NCBI GenBank assembly: GCA_963816395.1
Contig: CAWFKQ010000005.1
Coordinates: 320,001 to 384,000, forward strand
Length of the DNA: 64,000 bases
Direction: 5' to 3'
DNA from: an uncultured delta proteobacterium
Lineage (GTDB): Bacteria; Desulfobacterota; Desulfuromonadia; Desulfuromonadales; JACZKF01
Shown one piece after another: positions 43,508 through 55,087 of this stretch. The notes below the pieces were generated by a model. The model was given only the letters and a program-made list of their open reading frames with translations. It was not told the origin of the DNA and did no database searches. A program made the translations under genes and the position numbers. The stretch's first letter is position 1; each line of letters begins with the position of its first letter.

Positions 43508-45793
43508 CGGTCGAATATCCTTTCGAACCAGCCTTTGATCGACCTGCCCAGGGAGCCCGGCCCGCACGGTGCGGACTCCGTCGGCGCCGAGCCGGCAATG
43601 AACGGAATTTCGACGGCATCCCGACACCCCTTGCCGCTGCGCAGGCCCGATACCGGGTCGATCCAGACCCGTTCGATATTCTCCGGTTCGGGCAGGATCA
43701 GCGGCTCGGGGTTCAGGCCGGCCATCATGTCCCCCCAGACGGTCATGGCCCCGGATGCCCCGGTCAGACCCGTCGACACATTGTCATCGCGTCCGACCCA
43801 GACCACGGCCAGTCGATCCTCGGTAAAGCCGGCGAACCAGCTGTCGCGAAAGTCGTCGGTGGTGCCGGTTTTTCCCGCGGCATCGAGCGCCGGCGGCAGA
43901 TAACCAGCGAGCCCGCGCGCCGTCCCCTCGCGAACCACATCCTGCATGGCCGTGGTCAACAGGTAGAGAGGCGCCGGCTCGATGGTCTGCTCCACGTTGA
44001 GCGGATAGCGCTGCAGCGGTTCACCCTCGGCGGTCAGCACTGCCCGGATCGCCCGCAGCGGCGTGCGAAAACCGCCGCCGGCAATCGTCTGGTAAACTTG
44101 CGTAACCTCCAGGGGGGAAAGGGCGTTCGAACCGAGCAGGCTGGAGGCAAACTCCGGCAGATCACGGTCAATCCCGAGCCGCTGGAGGTTGGCCATCACC
44201 CGGGAGACGCCGAGGGACAGGCCGAGCCGCACCGTCGGCACGTTGTACGAGTTCGCCAGGGCGGCTTGCAGCGACACCTCGCCGTGGAATTCCTTATCGT
44301 AGTTCTGCGGTGCCCAGTCGCCGGTGCCTGCCTGCTGCAGAACCAGTGGGCTGTCGTCAAGCAGCGTCGCCAGGGTGTAGCTCTTCGGTTGCTCCAGGGC
44401 GGTGAGGTAGACGACCGGTTTAATCAGCGAGCCGATCGGTCTTTGGGCGTCGAGAGCGCGGTTGAACCCCTCGAAACGCGGGTCGCGCCCCCCCACCAGG
44501 GCCTGGACCTCGGCGTTCTGAGTGCTGGTGACAACCAGCGCGCCCTGCAGCGTGGCGGGCTTTATGGCGCGGTCCTTTTCCAGACGCGCCAGGCGCTTGC
44601 TCAAAGCGGTTTCGGCCGCGCGCTGCACCCGGGGATCCAGGGTGGTGAAAATCTGCAGTCCTTCTGAACGCAGATCCTGGTCGCGGTAGTCGCGCGTCAA
44701 CTGGCGATACACCAGGTTCAGAAAGGCCGGATACGGAGAGGTGCCGCGGGGCGGCCTCTCGACCACGCCAAGGGGCGCCGCCTGGGCCGAACGCTCCTGC
44801 TCGGCGGTAATGACCCCCGCTTCGGCCATCTCCCCAAGGACGAGATTGCGCCGCTCCAGGGCGCGCTGCGGATGGCGGCGCGGGCTGAAATAGGTCGGCC
44901 CCTTGAGCATCCCCACCAGCAGGGCCGCCTCGGGGAGATCGAGATGGCTCAGAGGCTGATCGAAATAGAAGGGGGCCGCCAGACCGAATCCGTGAATCTC
45001 GCGGTTGCCGTCCTGCCCCAGGTAGACTTCATTGAGGTAGGTTTCGAGGATCTCGTCTTTGCGGTAATGGATCTCCAGCAGGACCGCCATCACCATTTCG
45101 GTGAGCTTTCGCTGCAGCGTGCGCTCGGCGGTCAGGTAGAAATTCTTGACGAGCTGCTGGGTCAGAGTGCTGCCGCCCTGCACGCTCTCGCCGCTTGCCG
45201 TCGCGAGGAGTGGCCCGAGCGATGCCCCGCGGATCGATGCCGTGGTGGGAATAGAACCGGCGGTCCTCAACCGCGATCAGGGCATCGACCACCTGCCTGG
45301 GTACATCGGCGAGTTTTACCAGAACCCGATCTTCGTTTTTCCCGGGATAGATGCCGCCGATCAGGGCCGGGTCCAGGCGCACGAGCGGTAACGGTTTATC
45401 CCCGGCGAGAGCGCGCAGTGCTCTCACCTGGCCGTTCCCGAACTCGACGCGCAGCGATATCGCCTCCTGGGGACCGTCGGCGAAGACGAAGGGGCGCGTG
45501 ACCAGATCCAGGGTGTCGTTGCTCCAGTGGTAAGTGCCAGGGGCCAGAGGATGCGGCGTCTCGCGGTAATCGAGCAGGGCGAGTTCCGTGTTCATTTCCG
45601 CAGGCCGCAGGCCCAGGCCCGGATACAGCTCCAGCGGCCGCGCATAGACCCGCGCCGGCAGCGCGAACCGCTTGCCCTCGAAGCGTGCCCGCACCGTGAA
45701 GTCCAGGTAGACTGTATAGATAGCGGCAAGGAGCAGTCCTGCCAGGGCAAAGAATAGCAGAAATCTTATTTTCGGATGCCGGCGTTTAGCCAT
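43504..45793 (-). CDS. mrcB: Penicillin-binding protein 1B, frameshift near 45210
   Basis: PARVYARPLELYPG, AVEDRRFYSHHGID, QGGSTLTQQLVKN, GSLIKP, SYN, GKTGT. Confidence 0.92.
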
Positions 45794-46334
45794 CGTCTTT
45801 CCTAGGTCCCGCAGGAGGCCCGTTTTCTTCCTTGAAAAGAATTCTGCCAAGCCGCTTCTCGGCCTGGACCCGGTGTTGCCGAAGCCTCAAAAGGCCTCAA
45901 TCTACCACATTCGCTCTTTGATTCGAACACCTAGTTTTGTCCGTCCCCGCGATTGCTCCGCTTTTCCTCCGCTCATCAGAGGAGCCGGAAAAAGTTCCCT
46001 GTGGTTTTGGCAGATGCGAAAGCCAAGAAGCCGGCGGGGAGGTTCGAACGGACACGCCGCAACAATCCGCCATGGAAGCTTGGGCGGCCGCCGCATTGTG
46101 TCACGGCCGGATGCGATACCGCTTATTTCTCAGCTTCTTGGGCCGACGTAGCGCCCCGGCGGACAGCTGGCAACTCATTTCGCAACTGTCCGGGTGCAAG
46201 GCGCGGGATTTGCACTCCCGTTCTGAGTCATGCCGACTGCAGACGATACCCGAAGACCCTTCCATAGCTGCGAGAAATATTCCAGCAAGAAATGTTCCCT
46301 TTCCCAAATGCGGGCGCCGGTGCTTATGTCAAGA

Positions 46335-47322
46335 ATGAAGTTTCCCAGCAGTCTGATTCTGTTAATAACGTGGGTCTGTTTACTGGCACCCGGTATCCCG
46401 GCCGAGGCGGCGGAAAGCGAGTTCGCCGCCTGGCTGGAGAATGTCCGCGTGGCGGCCCGTTCCGCCGGCATTTCGGAAAAAACCGTGCAGACCGCCCTGT
46501 CCGGCATCCAGGAGCCGCTCCCCCGGGTGGTCGATCTCGATCGGAAGCAGCCCGAGTCCCTGCAGAGCTTTGCGGATTACGTCGCGGCCCGGGCCAATGA
46601 GAAACGGATCGCCAAGGGGCGCAGGATGACTGCGCCGCTATCCGACCTGGCTGGGCAGGGTCGAACGAAAATACCGGGTACAGAGACGCTTCCTGGTGGC
46701 TCTGTGGGGGATCGAAACCAATTACGGCGAACACTCAGGCAGCTTCCCGGTCATCCAGTCCCTGGTCACCCTGGCCTATGACGAGCGCCGCGGCCCCTAT
46801 TTTCGCAGGGAGCTGTTCGATGCTCTGCGGGTCCTCGACGCCGGCCACATTCCATTGGAGCGCATGAAGGGCTCCTGGGCAGGGGCCATGGGTCAATGTC
46901 AGTTCATGCCCTCCTCTTTTCGCCGTTTTGCGGTCGATGCCGAAGGCAACCATCGCATCGACATCTGGGACTCGGTTCCCGACGTGCTGGCTTCGACCGC
47001 CAATTACCTGGCAAGTGCCGGATGGAAGGATGACCAGACCTGGGGGCGTCCGGTGCGGTTGCCAAAAAATTTCGATTTCTCCCTGGCCGGACTGGATACC
47101 CGTCTGCCGCTTTCTCGCTGGCAAGCCCTCGGGGTGCGGCGCAGCAACGGCCGCGCCCTGCCCCGGCGCAATCTCGAGGCCTCGCTGATCGCCCCCGAAG
47201 GCCCCGAGGGACCGGCCTACCTGGTGTATGACAATTTCCGGGTGCTTCTGGCCTGGAACCGATCCAAATCATTTGCAGTGGCGGTCGGGACTCTTGCCGA
47301 CCGGGTTGCCGGCCGGAGATGA
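46335..47322 (+). CDS. Lytic murein transglycosylase (MltB/SLT_2 family), frameshift
   Basis: LDRKQPE, ALWGIETNYG, GSWAGAMGQCQFMPSSF, WNRSKSFA. Confidence 0.9.
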
Positions 47323-47339
47323 CAGGGGTCACACCCGGT

Positions 47340-47742
47340 TCACACCTGCACTACCAGGTCGGAATAGGCCGCCAGCGGCCGATCGGCAGTGAGAAAAAAG
47401 AGAGGTTCCGTCATGGCCTGGGCGCGCAGGATGCGGTCGAAGAGTCCTTGTGGTCCGCTACCCGGACGAGTGCTGCGGCATGCTCCGGGGTAACGGCGAG
47501 TGACTCGAAACCGCTTTCGCCGATCCCCCGGAGCAGCTCGTCCGGCTCGGCTTGCAGCTTGCCGATCCCGATCTTATGACCGATTCCCAGATGGAAGCGG
47601 CGCTGACGAAGACCGCCTCGGCGTTCATGATCCGCTCCCGAGCGGTAGTGGAAATCATCCGCGCTTTCGAGGGTGCCGCATGAGGCTGCTTCTCGACACC
47701 CATGTCTATCTCTGGTGGCTCGGCGATTCTCCTGTACTCACC
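47340..47742. pseudogene. PIN-domain (VapC) toxin pseudogene with inverted 5' segment and antitoxin tail
   Basis: Plus strand 47680: MRLLLDTHVYLWWLGDSPVLT, preceded by EIIRAFEGAA*. Minus strand from ~47650: TARERIMNAEAVFVSAASIWE...GKL...HKD/FDRILRAQAMTEPLFFLTADRPLAAYSDLVVQV*. Confidence 0.85.
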
Positions 47743-47780
47743 TGTCTCGCGTCGCAGGTTCGTCGCACTGAAAGTCGCGA

Positions 47781-48419
47781 TTAACTTCCCGGTTCCGAGG
47801 AACACGCTTGAAGGCCCCGGATCTGGTGGTCGTGAAGGCGCGAGAAGAGCAGCAGGGCCGCTGATGCCCCGATAAGGGCGAAGAGCATGTCCGACTGGGT
47901 GTCCCAGGGATCTCCCTGCGTCCCCAGAAACGCATCGGCGCCCTGCCCGAGCCCGACGGCGGCCGCCCATTCGATGAGCTCGTATGCGGCGCTGATCGCC
48001 ATAACGATGCAGATCACGATGAAGGCGAGCATTTTTCTGCCGCGCACGTACTGACCGCGGATGAGGATCTCCCGGGCGACCAGGGCGGGGACGAGGCCCT
48101 GGAAGAAGTGGCCGATCTTGTCGTAGGGATTGCGGTCGAGATCGAAAAGGTCGGCAAGGTAGAAACCGAGGGGCACCCTGGCATAACTGTAGGCCCCGCC
48201 ATCAATGAGCACCACGGCATGCAGGAAGATGAAAGCATAGAGCAGACCGGTCAGCGGAAACCGGCGCCAGGTCGCCCACAGGATGGGCAGAGCGATGAAC
48301 ACCGGGAAAACCTCCAGCAGCCAGGTCGTGCGGTCATAGGGGTGGGCGCCGGAGAGCGCCAGCAGGCCCAGCAGAGCAACGGAGGCAAGGGCCAGGAATT
48401 GCGGGCGGGTTATCGACAT
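47781..48419 (-). CDS. DUF2238 (YjdF-like) inner-membrane protein
   Basis: TWLLEVFP, YSYARVPLG, RNPYDKIGHFFQG, FLGTQGDPWDTQSDM. Confidence 0.88.
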   Translation of the reverse strand: MSITRPQFLALASVALLGLLALSGAHPYDRTTWLLEVFPVFIALPILWATWRRFPLTGLLYAFIFLHAVVLIDGGAYSYARVPLGFYLADLFDLDRNPYDKIGHFFQGLVPALVAREILIRGQYVRGRKMLAFIVICIVMAISAAYELIEWAAAVGLGQGADAFLGTQGDPWDTQSDMLFALIGASAALLLFSRLHDHQIRGLQACSSEPGS

Positions 48420-48479
48420 ATGCGGACCCTCCTGTATCTGGGGTTTTCTTTCGCGCTTCAAGGCGGGCACGGGTCATCC

Positions 48480-48762
48480 GTTCCCGAAGCCAAAGGCGTT
48501 CCCTGTCGTTCTCAGCGAGAGTGTCTCTCAGGTAGTCAGCGGCAAGTTTCTTGATCTGAGTTGCTGTCATTATTCCTGGCCTCATCAAAGCGAAAGTTCT
48601 CTCGGAGCGTTCGAGGTGTCTGGAGAAGTGAAGCCTTGCTTGCTTGCGGTCGGTAGTCTTCAGGGACTTCCTGATGTCAGACCTTGGGAACCACTGGGAC
48701 AAGTCGGAGGGGATTTTAACTCTCAGGTAAAAGACACCGCTTCGCTGCTGCAAGTATGGCAT
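48480..48762 (-). pseudogene. N-terminal (DUF6538-like) fragment of a tyrosine integrase
   Basis: MPYLQQRSGVFYLRVKIPSDL...IRKSLKTTDRKQA; no catalytic domain follows; 100 bp from the ssrA 3' end. Confidence 0.72.
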
Positions 48763-48862
48763 AGAAAAGCCTCTCTAGTGTAACCCTCTGGGGGTCCAGT
48801 TGGGGTCACACTTGAGAGGCTCGGCTATGGAAACCAACGTAACTATCTGATTTCCTTCGATT

Positions 48863-49218
48863 TGGTGGAGGTGGCGGGAATCGAACCCGCGTCCGAACGT
48901 CTTTCACGTAAGGCTTCTACATGCTTAGTCTGTATATTGGATTTAACCCGCCGGAGCTCCCACAGACAGGATATCCGACGGGCGATTCTGCTTTATTTCG
49001 CCCCGGCACCGCAGACCCTTGCCGGGACTAGCCCACTAAATTGACGTCTCAGGCCCTACGCGGGCGATAGAACATGAGACGTGACGGCAATTAAGCCGCC
49101 AGTGCGTACTGAACGTCGTTGTCGGCGTTTGTGTTTGTGCCAGTTTTTTAACGAGGCCAACTGGCGTCCCCGGCATGCCACCTTCGCTTCCGACCTCCGT
49201 CGAAACCAGGTCACCCCC
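48863..49218 (-). ncRNA. ssrA: tmRNA
   Basis: 5' GGGGGTGACCTGGTTTCGAC, 3' GGTTCGATTCCCGCCACCTCCACCA with G3.U; tag frame 49126-49091 (A)ADNDVQYALAA*; next to smpB. Confidence 0.97.
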
Positions 49219-49314
49219 CTTGAATCAGGTCCAAAATTCGCAGTGCAAAGTTGAAAAGCTATAACCGACTTCTTTTATAAACTATTTTCGTCGGAAAATC
49301 AAGGGTTTTTGGGT

Positions 49315-49776
49315 CTATTCCTGGTATTTTCCCTTGATGATTTTCCCCATCTCACGCGCCGCCTCTTTCTGCTTGAGGGACTCGCGCTTATCGTGCAGCT
49401 GCTTGCCGCGGGCGACGCCGATTTCCAGCTTGGCCCGGTTTTCCTTGAAATAGAGTTTGGTGGGGACGAGGGAAAAGCCGCGCTCCTCAACCTTGCGGTA
49501 CAGCTTGCCGATTTCCTCCCGGTGCAGCAGCAGCTTGCGCATCCGCGTCGGATCGGCGGGATTCTCCCGGCTCCCCTGCTCGTAGGGGCTGATGTGCATG
49601 TTGTTGATGAAGACTTCGCCATTTTTGATCCGGCAGAACGATTCCTTGAGGTTGACTTTACCGTCGCGCACCGATTTCACCTCGGTGCCGGTCAACATCA
49701 GACCGGCCTCGTATACCTCGTCGATAAAGAAGTCGTGATAGGCCTTCTTGTTGGTGGCGATGATTTTAATGCCCAT
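49315..49776 (-). CDS. smpB: SsrA-binding protein
   Basis: [43 protein letters not shown]. Confidence 0.97.
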   Translation of the reverse strand: MGIKIIATNKKAYHDFFIDEVYEAGLMLTGTEVKSVRDGKVNLKESFCRIKNGEVFINNMHISPYEQGSRENPADPTRMRKLLLHREEIGKLYRKVEERGFSLVPTKLYFKENRAKLEIGVARGKQLHDKRESLKQKEAAREMGKIIKGKYQE

Positions 49777-50242
49777 TCTGCAGGTCCGCGACGAAGGTCT
49801 CGTCTTCGGGTAGGATTTCGGTGATCCGCGGCATGTAGTTTTCCCGCGGCAGCGCCCGGGTGCCGACGCGAATGATTAGAAAAGCGCCGACGAGAAAGGC
49901 TGAGCCGAAAATAGCCGAAAGGAGGTTGGGATTGAGACCGGTATCCAGTCTCTCCCCTAGCACCTGCCCGATGATGCCGCCGATGACCAAGGAGATCAGC
50001 GGGACGATATACAGCATAAAGGAAGATTTCAGGAAGCTCTTGGAACTGGTCACCACCCGCACCTTGTCCCCCACCTTGGCGCCGATGACGTTATGCGCTT
50101 CGACCAGCATGGAGCGATTGTCGTTTCCCACCTGGCAGCTTTCCATTGAAGCACAGTGGTTGCAGAAACTGCCTTTCTGGCAAAGGACGACGGCGGTGGA
50201 TTTCCCCTTCAGTTCGACCACGCTGCCGGTTTCAACGATCAT
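49766..50242 (-). CDS. RseC/MucC family protein
   Basis: MIVETGSVV, CxxCxxxxxC, AKVGDKV, YIVPL plus two TMs. Confidence 0.85.
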   Translation of the reverse strand: MIVETGSVVELKGKSTAVVLCQKGSFCNHCASMESCQVGNDNRSMLVEAHNVIGAKVGDKVRVVTSSKSFLKSSFMLYIVPLISLVIGGIIGQVLGERLDTGLNPNLLSAIFGSAFLVGAFLIIRVGTRALPRENYMPRITEILPEDETFVADLQNGH

Positions 50243-50344
50243 GCGCCACCTGCCCTTCCCTGTTTTGCATTTTTAGTATAACAGAGCCGATTCCCCGCCG
50301 TCACGACCCAGGCGTAAGTTTCCGATTGTAAAGGCGATGGGGTT

Positions 50345-51613
50345 TTAATGCAAGACTTCGCGGCCGGCCAGGTAAAGAAATCGCACCTCAGCGGTGCGCC
50401 CGGGGCTGCAGAGGAATTCCTCCAGATCCTGGCGAAGCGGCAGTGACGGCGGAACCAGCACCTGGAAATGCGCGCCCAGTCCCGGAGTGAGCTGCCCCAT
50501 CTCCTTTTCCAGGCCGAGGGCCTGTGCGCCGCCGCGGGTGGCGACGGCCAGCCAGGCGGCCGGATCGAGAGCACCGGCAAACCAGCTGCAGGCAAAGGCG
50601 AGTTCATCCCAGACCGACAGAGAATCGTTGCTGGCGCGGCTGTCGGTGCCGAGGGCGAGGGTCACCCCGGCCTGCCGGTACATCTCAACCGGTGCCCGCC
50701 CCACGCTCAGCCGGTTATTGGAGCGCGGGCAGAGGACCACCGCCGCCCCGACCTGGGCCAGACGGTCGGCCTCGGCCGCCGTCACCTGCACCCCATGCGC
50801 CAGCAGGACCCCATTTTTCAGCCCGCCGCGCTCCGCGAGATAAGCGACCGGCGAGAGACCGGCAGGCGGCGGCACCAGATCCCCCCAGCCAACGAAAGGG
50901 TAGAGTTCCTCAGCTATTGCCCCCGTACCGGTAGCGAAAAAATCGACCTCGGCAGCCGATTCCGCCAGATGAATAGTCAAGGGACTCCGGTGCCGGCGGG
51001 CGGTGGCAAACACTTCTTCCAGATAGTCGGGAGAGAGGCTATAGGGGGAGTGCGGAGCGAAGCCGTAAGTCATCTCCCCGACCAGCCTCTTACGGAGGAT
51101 TTCCTCGATGGCGATGAGGACCTGCCGGTTGGTCCCGGGGTCCTGTCCCAGGGTTTCCAGGAAAATCCGCCCGCGCAGAGGAGTGCCGGCATAAGCCTTG
51201 CGGGCCGGGAAATAGGACAGGATATCTCCCACGGCACCGGTGCCGGCAGCCAGTGATGCGGCAATCCCTGCCGCTACCGAAAGGTGGAAGCGCTCCCCGG
51301 AAACCTGCCGCTTGACCCGGATAACCTGGCGTATCCAGTCGACAAAGGAGGTCGCCCGGGCAGTGACGCCGGCGGATCTTGCCCACTGGGGGAAATGAGT
51401 GAGTTCGAGGTGGGTGTGGGCATTTACCAGCGGCGGCAGCAGCACGGCCTCGCCGAAATCGACGACGGCGGCGCCGGCTGAGGCGGTCCGCACTTCCAGC
51501 CACGGGCCGACGGCGGCGAGTCTCCCCGCCTGCACCAGCAGTGCGCCGTCCTCGATAGCAGGCCTACCGATGGGAAGCAGATAGCGGGCGCGGAAGAGTC
51601 TGGCTTCTGGCAT
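50345..51613 (-). CDS. Amidohydrolase family protein (deaminase-like)
   Basis: LVNAHTHLE, APHSPYS, IHLAES, CPRSN, LGTDS. Confidence 0.88.
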   Translation of the reverse strand: MPEARLFRARYLLPIGRPAIEDGALLVQAGRLAAVGPWLEVRTASAGAAVVDFGEAVLLPPLVNAHTHLELTHFPQWARSAGVTARATSFVDWIRQVIRVKRQVSGERFHLSVAAGIAASLAAGTGAVGDILSYFPARKAYAGTPLRGRIFLETLGQDPGTNRQVLIAIEEILRKRLVGEMTYGFAPHSPYSLSPDYLEEVFATARRHRSPLTIHLAESAAEVDFFATGTGAIAEELYPFVGWGDLVPPPAGLSPVAYLAERGGLKNGVLLAHGVQVTAAEADRLAQVGAAVVLCPRSNNRLSVGRAPVEMYRQAGVTLALGTDSRASNDSLSVWDELAFACSWFAGALDPAAWLAVATRGGAQALGLEKEMGQLTPGLGAHFQVLVPPSLPLRQDLEEFLCSPGRTAEVRFLYLAGREVLH

Positions 51614-51648
51614 CTGTTCTAATGGAACCTCGATGGCCCAGGGGCAGA

Positions 51649-53328
51649 TCAGCTCGCCCTGGCACAAGCTGGTGTTGAAGGGGGAGTGGCAGAGCCCGAA
51701 CAGAGGCTCTCGATCTGCTGCAGCAGATTGCGGATCTCCGGTTGCTGGACAATGGCGCACTGCTCGGCGAGGACGGCCGCCAGAATCTCATCCGTGGTCA
51801 GGGGATTGGCCAGAACGACCCGCAGGACGGAAATTTCCTGGCCATAAGCAGCCACCCGGAGCCGCGTCCTGGAAACGAAAGTCTGCCCTGCTTCCCGCTG
51901 GTACTTCTGCAACAGCTGATTGCCCTGGTCGAGAAAGGCATTGATGCACGCGGCCTGTTCCGCCGTCGCTTGGGCCAACTGCTGCTGCACGGCCAACGGA
52001 CAGTAGCGGTAAGTGAGGATGTTCAGTTCAGGTGCACTCGTGAGTTCAAAGTCCGGATGCTGCCGCACCATTTCGGCAAAAGTCCGGGCCCGCTCGATCC
52101 CCATGTTTATGAGAAGCTCGTACCCTTTGCGGCCGATGATCGACAGGCCGGCATGAACCAGCATCGCCTTCCCCGGTCGCGAGCCCTCGAGGGTATGGCT
52201 GCCGAGGTCCTTGGAGCCATGGCGCAGGATATACGCGGCGTGGTGCTCAATAGCCGAAACCGCGGTTGGGTCCTTGAAGACGACCATCCCCGCTCCCATC
52301 GGCACATAGAGCTGCTTGTGGGCATCGATGGTGACCGAGTCGGCCCGCTCGATGCCGGCCAGGAGATGGCGATGGCGGTCGGAAAACAGGGTCGGCCCCC
52401 CCCAGGCAGCGTCGACATGGAAATGGCAGCCGAGTTCGGCGGCGAGGTCCGCCAACGCCTCCAGAGGATCGACGTTGCCGGTTTCGGTCGTTCCGGCAAT
52501 ACCGATGAGCGCCATGGGCCGAATATTCGCGTCCCGCAGCCGGGCGCATTCTTCTCTCAGTTTCTTCAGATCGATGCGGCTCTCGGCATCGGTGTCAACC
52601 ATAACCAGGTTGTCTCGGCCGAGGCCGAGGAGGTCCGCAGCCTTGCCAAAGGAGTAGTGCCCCCGCCGGGAAACCAGGACGGCGATTCCTTCGCAACGCA
52701 GATGCTTCAGCCCCCGGGCCAGTCCCTCCTGGGCGATGCCGCGAAACTGCCCATCCGGGGCGAAGAGGCGGTTGCGCGCTACCCAAAGAGCGGTCAAGTT
52801 GGCGATGGTGCCGCCGGAGCAGAAAGCCCCGAGGGCATGCCGGCTGTCATGAATCCAATGGTCGTAGAAAGCGTCGTCCCCCCGGTAGACCAGACGGTGG
52901 AGCATGGCCAGCACCTGGCGTTCCATCGGCGTGAAGGACTTGGACGTTTCCACCTTGACCAGATTCTGGTTGAGGGCGATCATGATCCGCGACAGCGGCA
53001 GCATGAAATAGGGGAGCGCCGAGGTCATGTGGCCGATGAATCCGGGGGCGGCGGTATGCACGGAATGCGCGACCAGCTTCTCCTTGATGAACTCGGTGTA
53101 CTCGGAGACGAAGGTCGGTTCCTCGGGGATGGCGGAGGCGGAGAAATCAACCTCGATCTCCTCAACCTGGCGCTTCAGGGCGACGATGTGGGTCTGCAGG
53201 AAACCGGCTACATCGCCGCTGATGGCCTGATCAATGGCCCCGAGTGTCGAATTGGGCGCCTCGGGGACGGTAAAGATCCGGTAGAGATTCTCCAGGTTGG
53301 CGCGAGCTGTCTCCCTGTTCTTTGACAT
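51649..53328 (-). CDS. panP: PLP-dependent aspartate 1-decarboxylase (PanP-type group II decarboxylase)
   Basis: RIFTVPEAP.STL, FIGHMTSALPYF, NQNLVKVETSK, HVDAAWGG, DAHKQLY; follows panB-panC. Confidence 0.85.
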   Translation of the reverse strand: MSKNRETARANLENLYRIFTVPEAPNSTLGAIDQAISGDVAGFLQTHIVALKRQVEEIEVDFSASAIPEEPTFVSEYTEFIKEKLVAHSVHTAAPGFIGHMTSALPYFMLPLSRIMIALNQNLVKVETSKSFTPMERQVLAMLHRLVYRGDDAFYDHWIHDSRHALGAFCSGGTIANLTALWVARNRLFAPDGQFRGIAQEGLARGLKHLRCEGIAVLVSRRGHYSFGKAADLLGLGRDNLVMVDTDAESRIDLKKLREECARLRDANIRPMALIGIAGTTETGNVDPLEALADLAAELGCHFHVDAAWGGPTLFSDRHRHLLAGIERADSVTIDAHKQLYVPMGAGMVVFKDPTAVSAIEHHAAYILRHGSKDLGSHTLEGSRPGKAMLVHAGLSIIGRKGYELLINMGIERARTFAEMVRQHPDFELTSAPELNILTYRYCPLAVQQQLAQATAEQAACINAFLDQGNQLLQKYQREAGQTFVSRTRLRVAAYGQEISVLRVVLANPLTTDEILAAVLAEQCAIVQQPEIRNLLQQIESLCSGSATPPSTPACARAS

Positions 53329-53340
53329 CGTCTGGTGGCC

Positions 53341-54183
53341 TCAAAGAAGAAAACTGTTGTCGATCAGGCGGGTTTTCCCGATCTGCACGGCCAGCAGCAG
53401 GACCGAATCGGGGGTAATCTCCGCCATGTTCTGCAGCGTCTCGCCATGGCAGATCTGCACATAATCGATTCTGGCGTCGGGCTCCCGGCCGATCCGCTCA
53501 CGGACCTCCCGTCGGACTGCCTCGGCATTCCTCTCCCCATTTTTGACCATGGAGGAAGCCAAGCGGAGCGAATCGACCAGAGCGAGAGCCTGCTGCCGTT
53601 CCACAGGCGACAGATACACGTTGCGCGAGCTCATCGCCAGCCCATCCTTCTCCCGGACGATCGGCATGCCGACAATCTCGACGGGGAAGTTGAGATCAAC
53701 CGCCATCCGGCGGATCACCGCCAGCTGCTGGAAGTCCTTGCGGCCGAAGTAGGCGACGCTCGGCTGCACGATCTGGAACAGCTTGGCGACGACCGTCGTC
53801 ACCCCGCGGAAATGCCCGGGGCGGCTGCGACCGCACAGGGTCTCGGTAAGCCCTTCGACATTCACGTAGGTAGCATAGCCGGCCGGGTATATTTCCCGGG
53901 CCTCCGGAGCAAAGATGAGATCGACGCCGGCCGCACGGGCCATCTCGGCATCCCGGACGAAATCGCGCGGATACTTGTCCAGATCTTCGCCGGCGCCAAA
54001 CTGGGTCGGGTTGACGAAGATGGAGAGGACCAGCAGATCGCCCCGGTTCCGCCCGGCCTCCAGCAGGGAGCAATGCCCGGCGTGCAGGTATCCCATGGTC
54101 GGGATAAAGGCGATGGTTTTCCCCTGCCGGCGGGCCGCAAGGCAGAGCTTCTGCATGGTCTGGATATCGGCGATGGTTTTCAT
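53341..54183 (-). CDS. panC: Pantoate--beta-alanine ligase
   Basis: PTMGYLHAGH, SIFVNPTQF, RPGHFRGV, GLAMSSRN, RLIDN. Confidence 0.97.
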   Translation of the reverse strand: MKTIADIQTMQKLCLAARRQGKTIAFIPTMGYLHAGHCSLLEAGRNRGDLLVLSIFVNPTQFGAGEDLDKYPRDFVRDAEMARAAGVDLIFAPEAREIYPAGYATYVNVEGLTETLCGRSRPGHFRGVTTVVAKLFQIVQPSVAYFGRKDFQQLAVIRRMAVDLNFPVEIVGMPIVREKDGLAMSSRNVYLSPVERQQALALVDSLRLASSMVKNGERNAEAVRREVRERIGREPDARIDYVQICHGETLQNMAEITPDSVLLLAVQIGKTRLIDNSFLL

Positions 54184-54259
54184 ATATCAAGAGTCAGAGT
54201 TTGAAGGTTGAAGGTTCAGGGGAAAGTATAGCCTTTGCCAGGCCTCAGGCCTGATCACC

Positions 54260-55063
54260 CTATTTGAACGTATGTTCTTCCCCCGGGAATATCTCTTCCT
54301 TCACTTCGCGGATGTAATCCTCCACCCCCTGGCGAATGATGCCGGAAATGTCGGCGTACTTTTTGACGAACTTGGGGGAATATTTTTCGCATAGGCCGAG
54401 AATGTCGTGCAGAACCAGTACCTGGCCGTCGCAGTGCACGCCGGCACCAATGCCGATAGTGGGGATGGCAACCGTTTCGGTAATCTCCCTGGCCAGAGTA
54501 GCGGGAATTCCCTCGAGGACCAGGGAAAAAGCGCCGGCCGCCTCGACCGCCCGCGCGTCAGCCAGCAACTGCCGCGCCTGCTCTTCCTGACGTCCCTGCA
54601 CCTTGTATCCCCCCATGCGGTGGACCGATTGCGGGGTTAGCCCGATATGACCGACGACCGGGATATCCATATCGACGATGGCACGAATCGTTTCCGCAAC
54701 GTTTTCGCCCCCCTCAAGCTTCACTGCCTGGGCGCCCGCCTCCTTGATCAAGCGGCCGGCATTGAGCCGGGCATCACGCAGGTCGGTCTGGTAGGAGAGA
54801 AAGGGCAGATCCGCCACCACCAGAGCACCGACGGTCCCCCGCATGACCGCCCGGGTATGGTAAAGCATTTCCTCCATGGTCACCGGCAGGGTAGTGTCGT
54901 AGCCGGCGACCACTACGCCGACCGAATCGCCAACCAGCACCATGTCGATCCCCGCCTGGTCAACCAGGCGGGCCAGGGGGTAGTCGTACGCGGTGAGAAC
55001 GGCAATTTTCGTCCCCTTCGCCTTCATCTCCTGCATATCCAAAATGGTTTTGCGTTTTTTCAT
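54260..55063 (-). CDS. panB: 3-methyl-2-oxobutanoate hydroxymethyltransferase
   Basis: [37 protein letters not shown]. Confidence 0.97.
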   Translation of the reverse strand: MKKRKTILDMQEMKAKGTKIAVLTAYDYPLARLVDQAGIDMVLVGDSVGVVVAGYDTTLPVTMEEMLYHTRAVMRGTVGALVVADLPFLSYQTDLRDARLNAGRLIKEAGAQAVKLEGGENVAETIRAIVDMDIPVVGHIGLTPQSVHRMGGYKVQGRQEEQARQLLADARAVEAAGAFSLVLEGIPATLAREITETVAIPTIGIGAGVHCDGQVLVLHDILGLCEKYSPKFVKKYADISGIIRQGVEDYIREVKEEIFPGEEHTFK

Positions 55064-55087
55064 CTCTCTCGCTCCACGCCGGCGCCC

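Noticed and set aside
45850..46330. Small ORFs or ncRNA between the divergent mrcB and transglycosylase genes
   Set aside because: No recognisable protein motif or stable conserved structure that I can support by eye.
316..47322. Mass pseudogenisation or programmed frameshifting
   Set aside because: Single-base indels hit core genes (mrcB, tlyA, arnB) without accumulated stops, while 49-64 kb is nearly clean. Long-read consensus error is more likely; needs polishing to confirm.
54200..54222. Heptamer element between panB and panC (TGAAGGT TGAAGGT TCAGGG)
   Set aside because: Only a short left arm with a weak complement; possibly a decayed copy, not listed as a feature.
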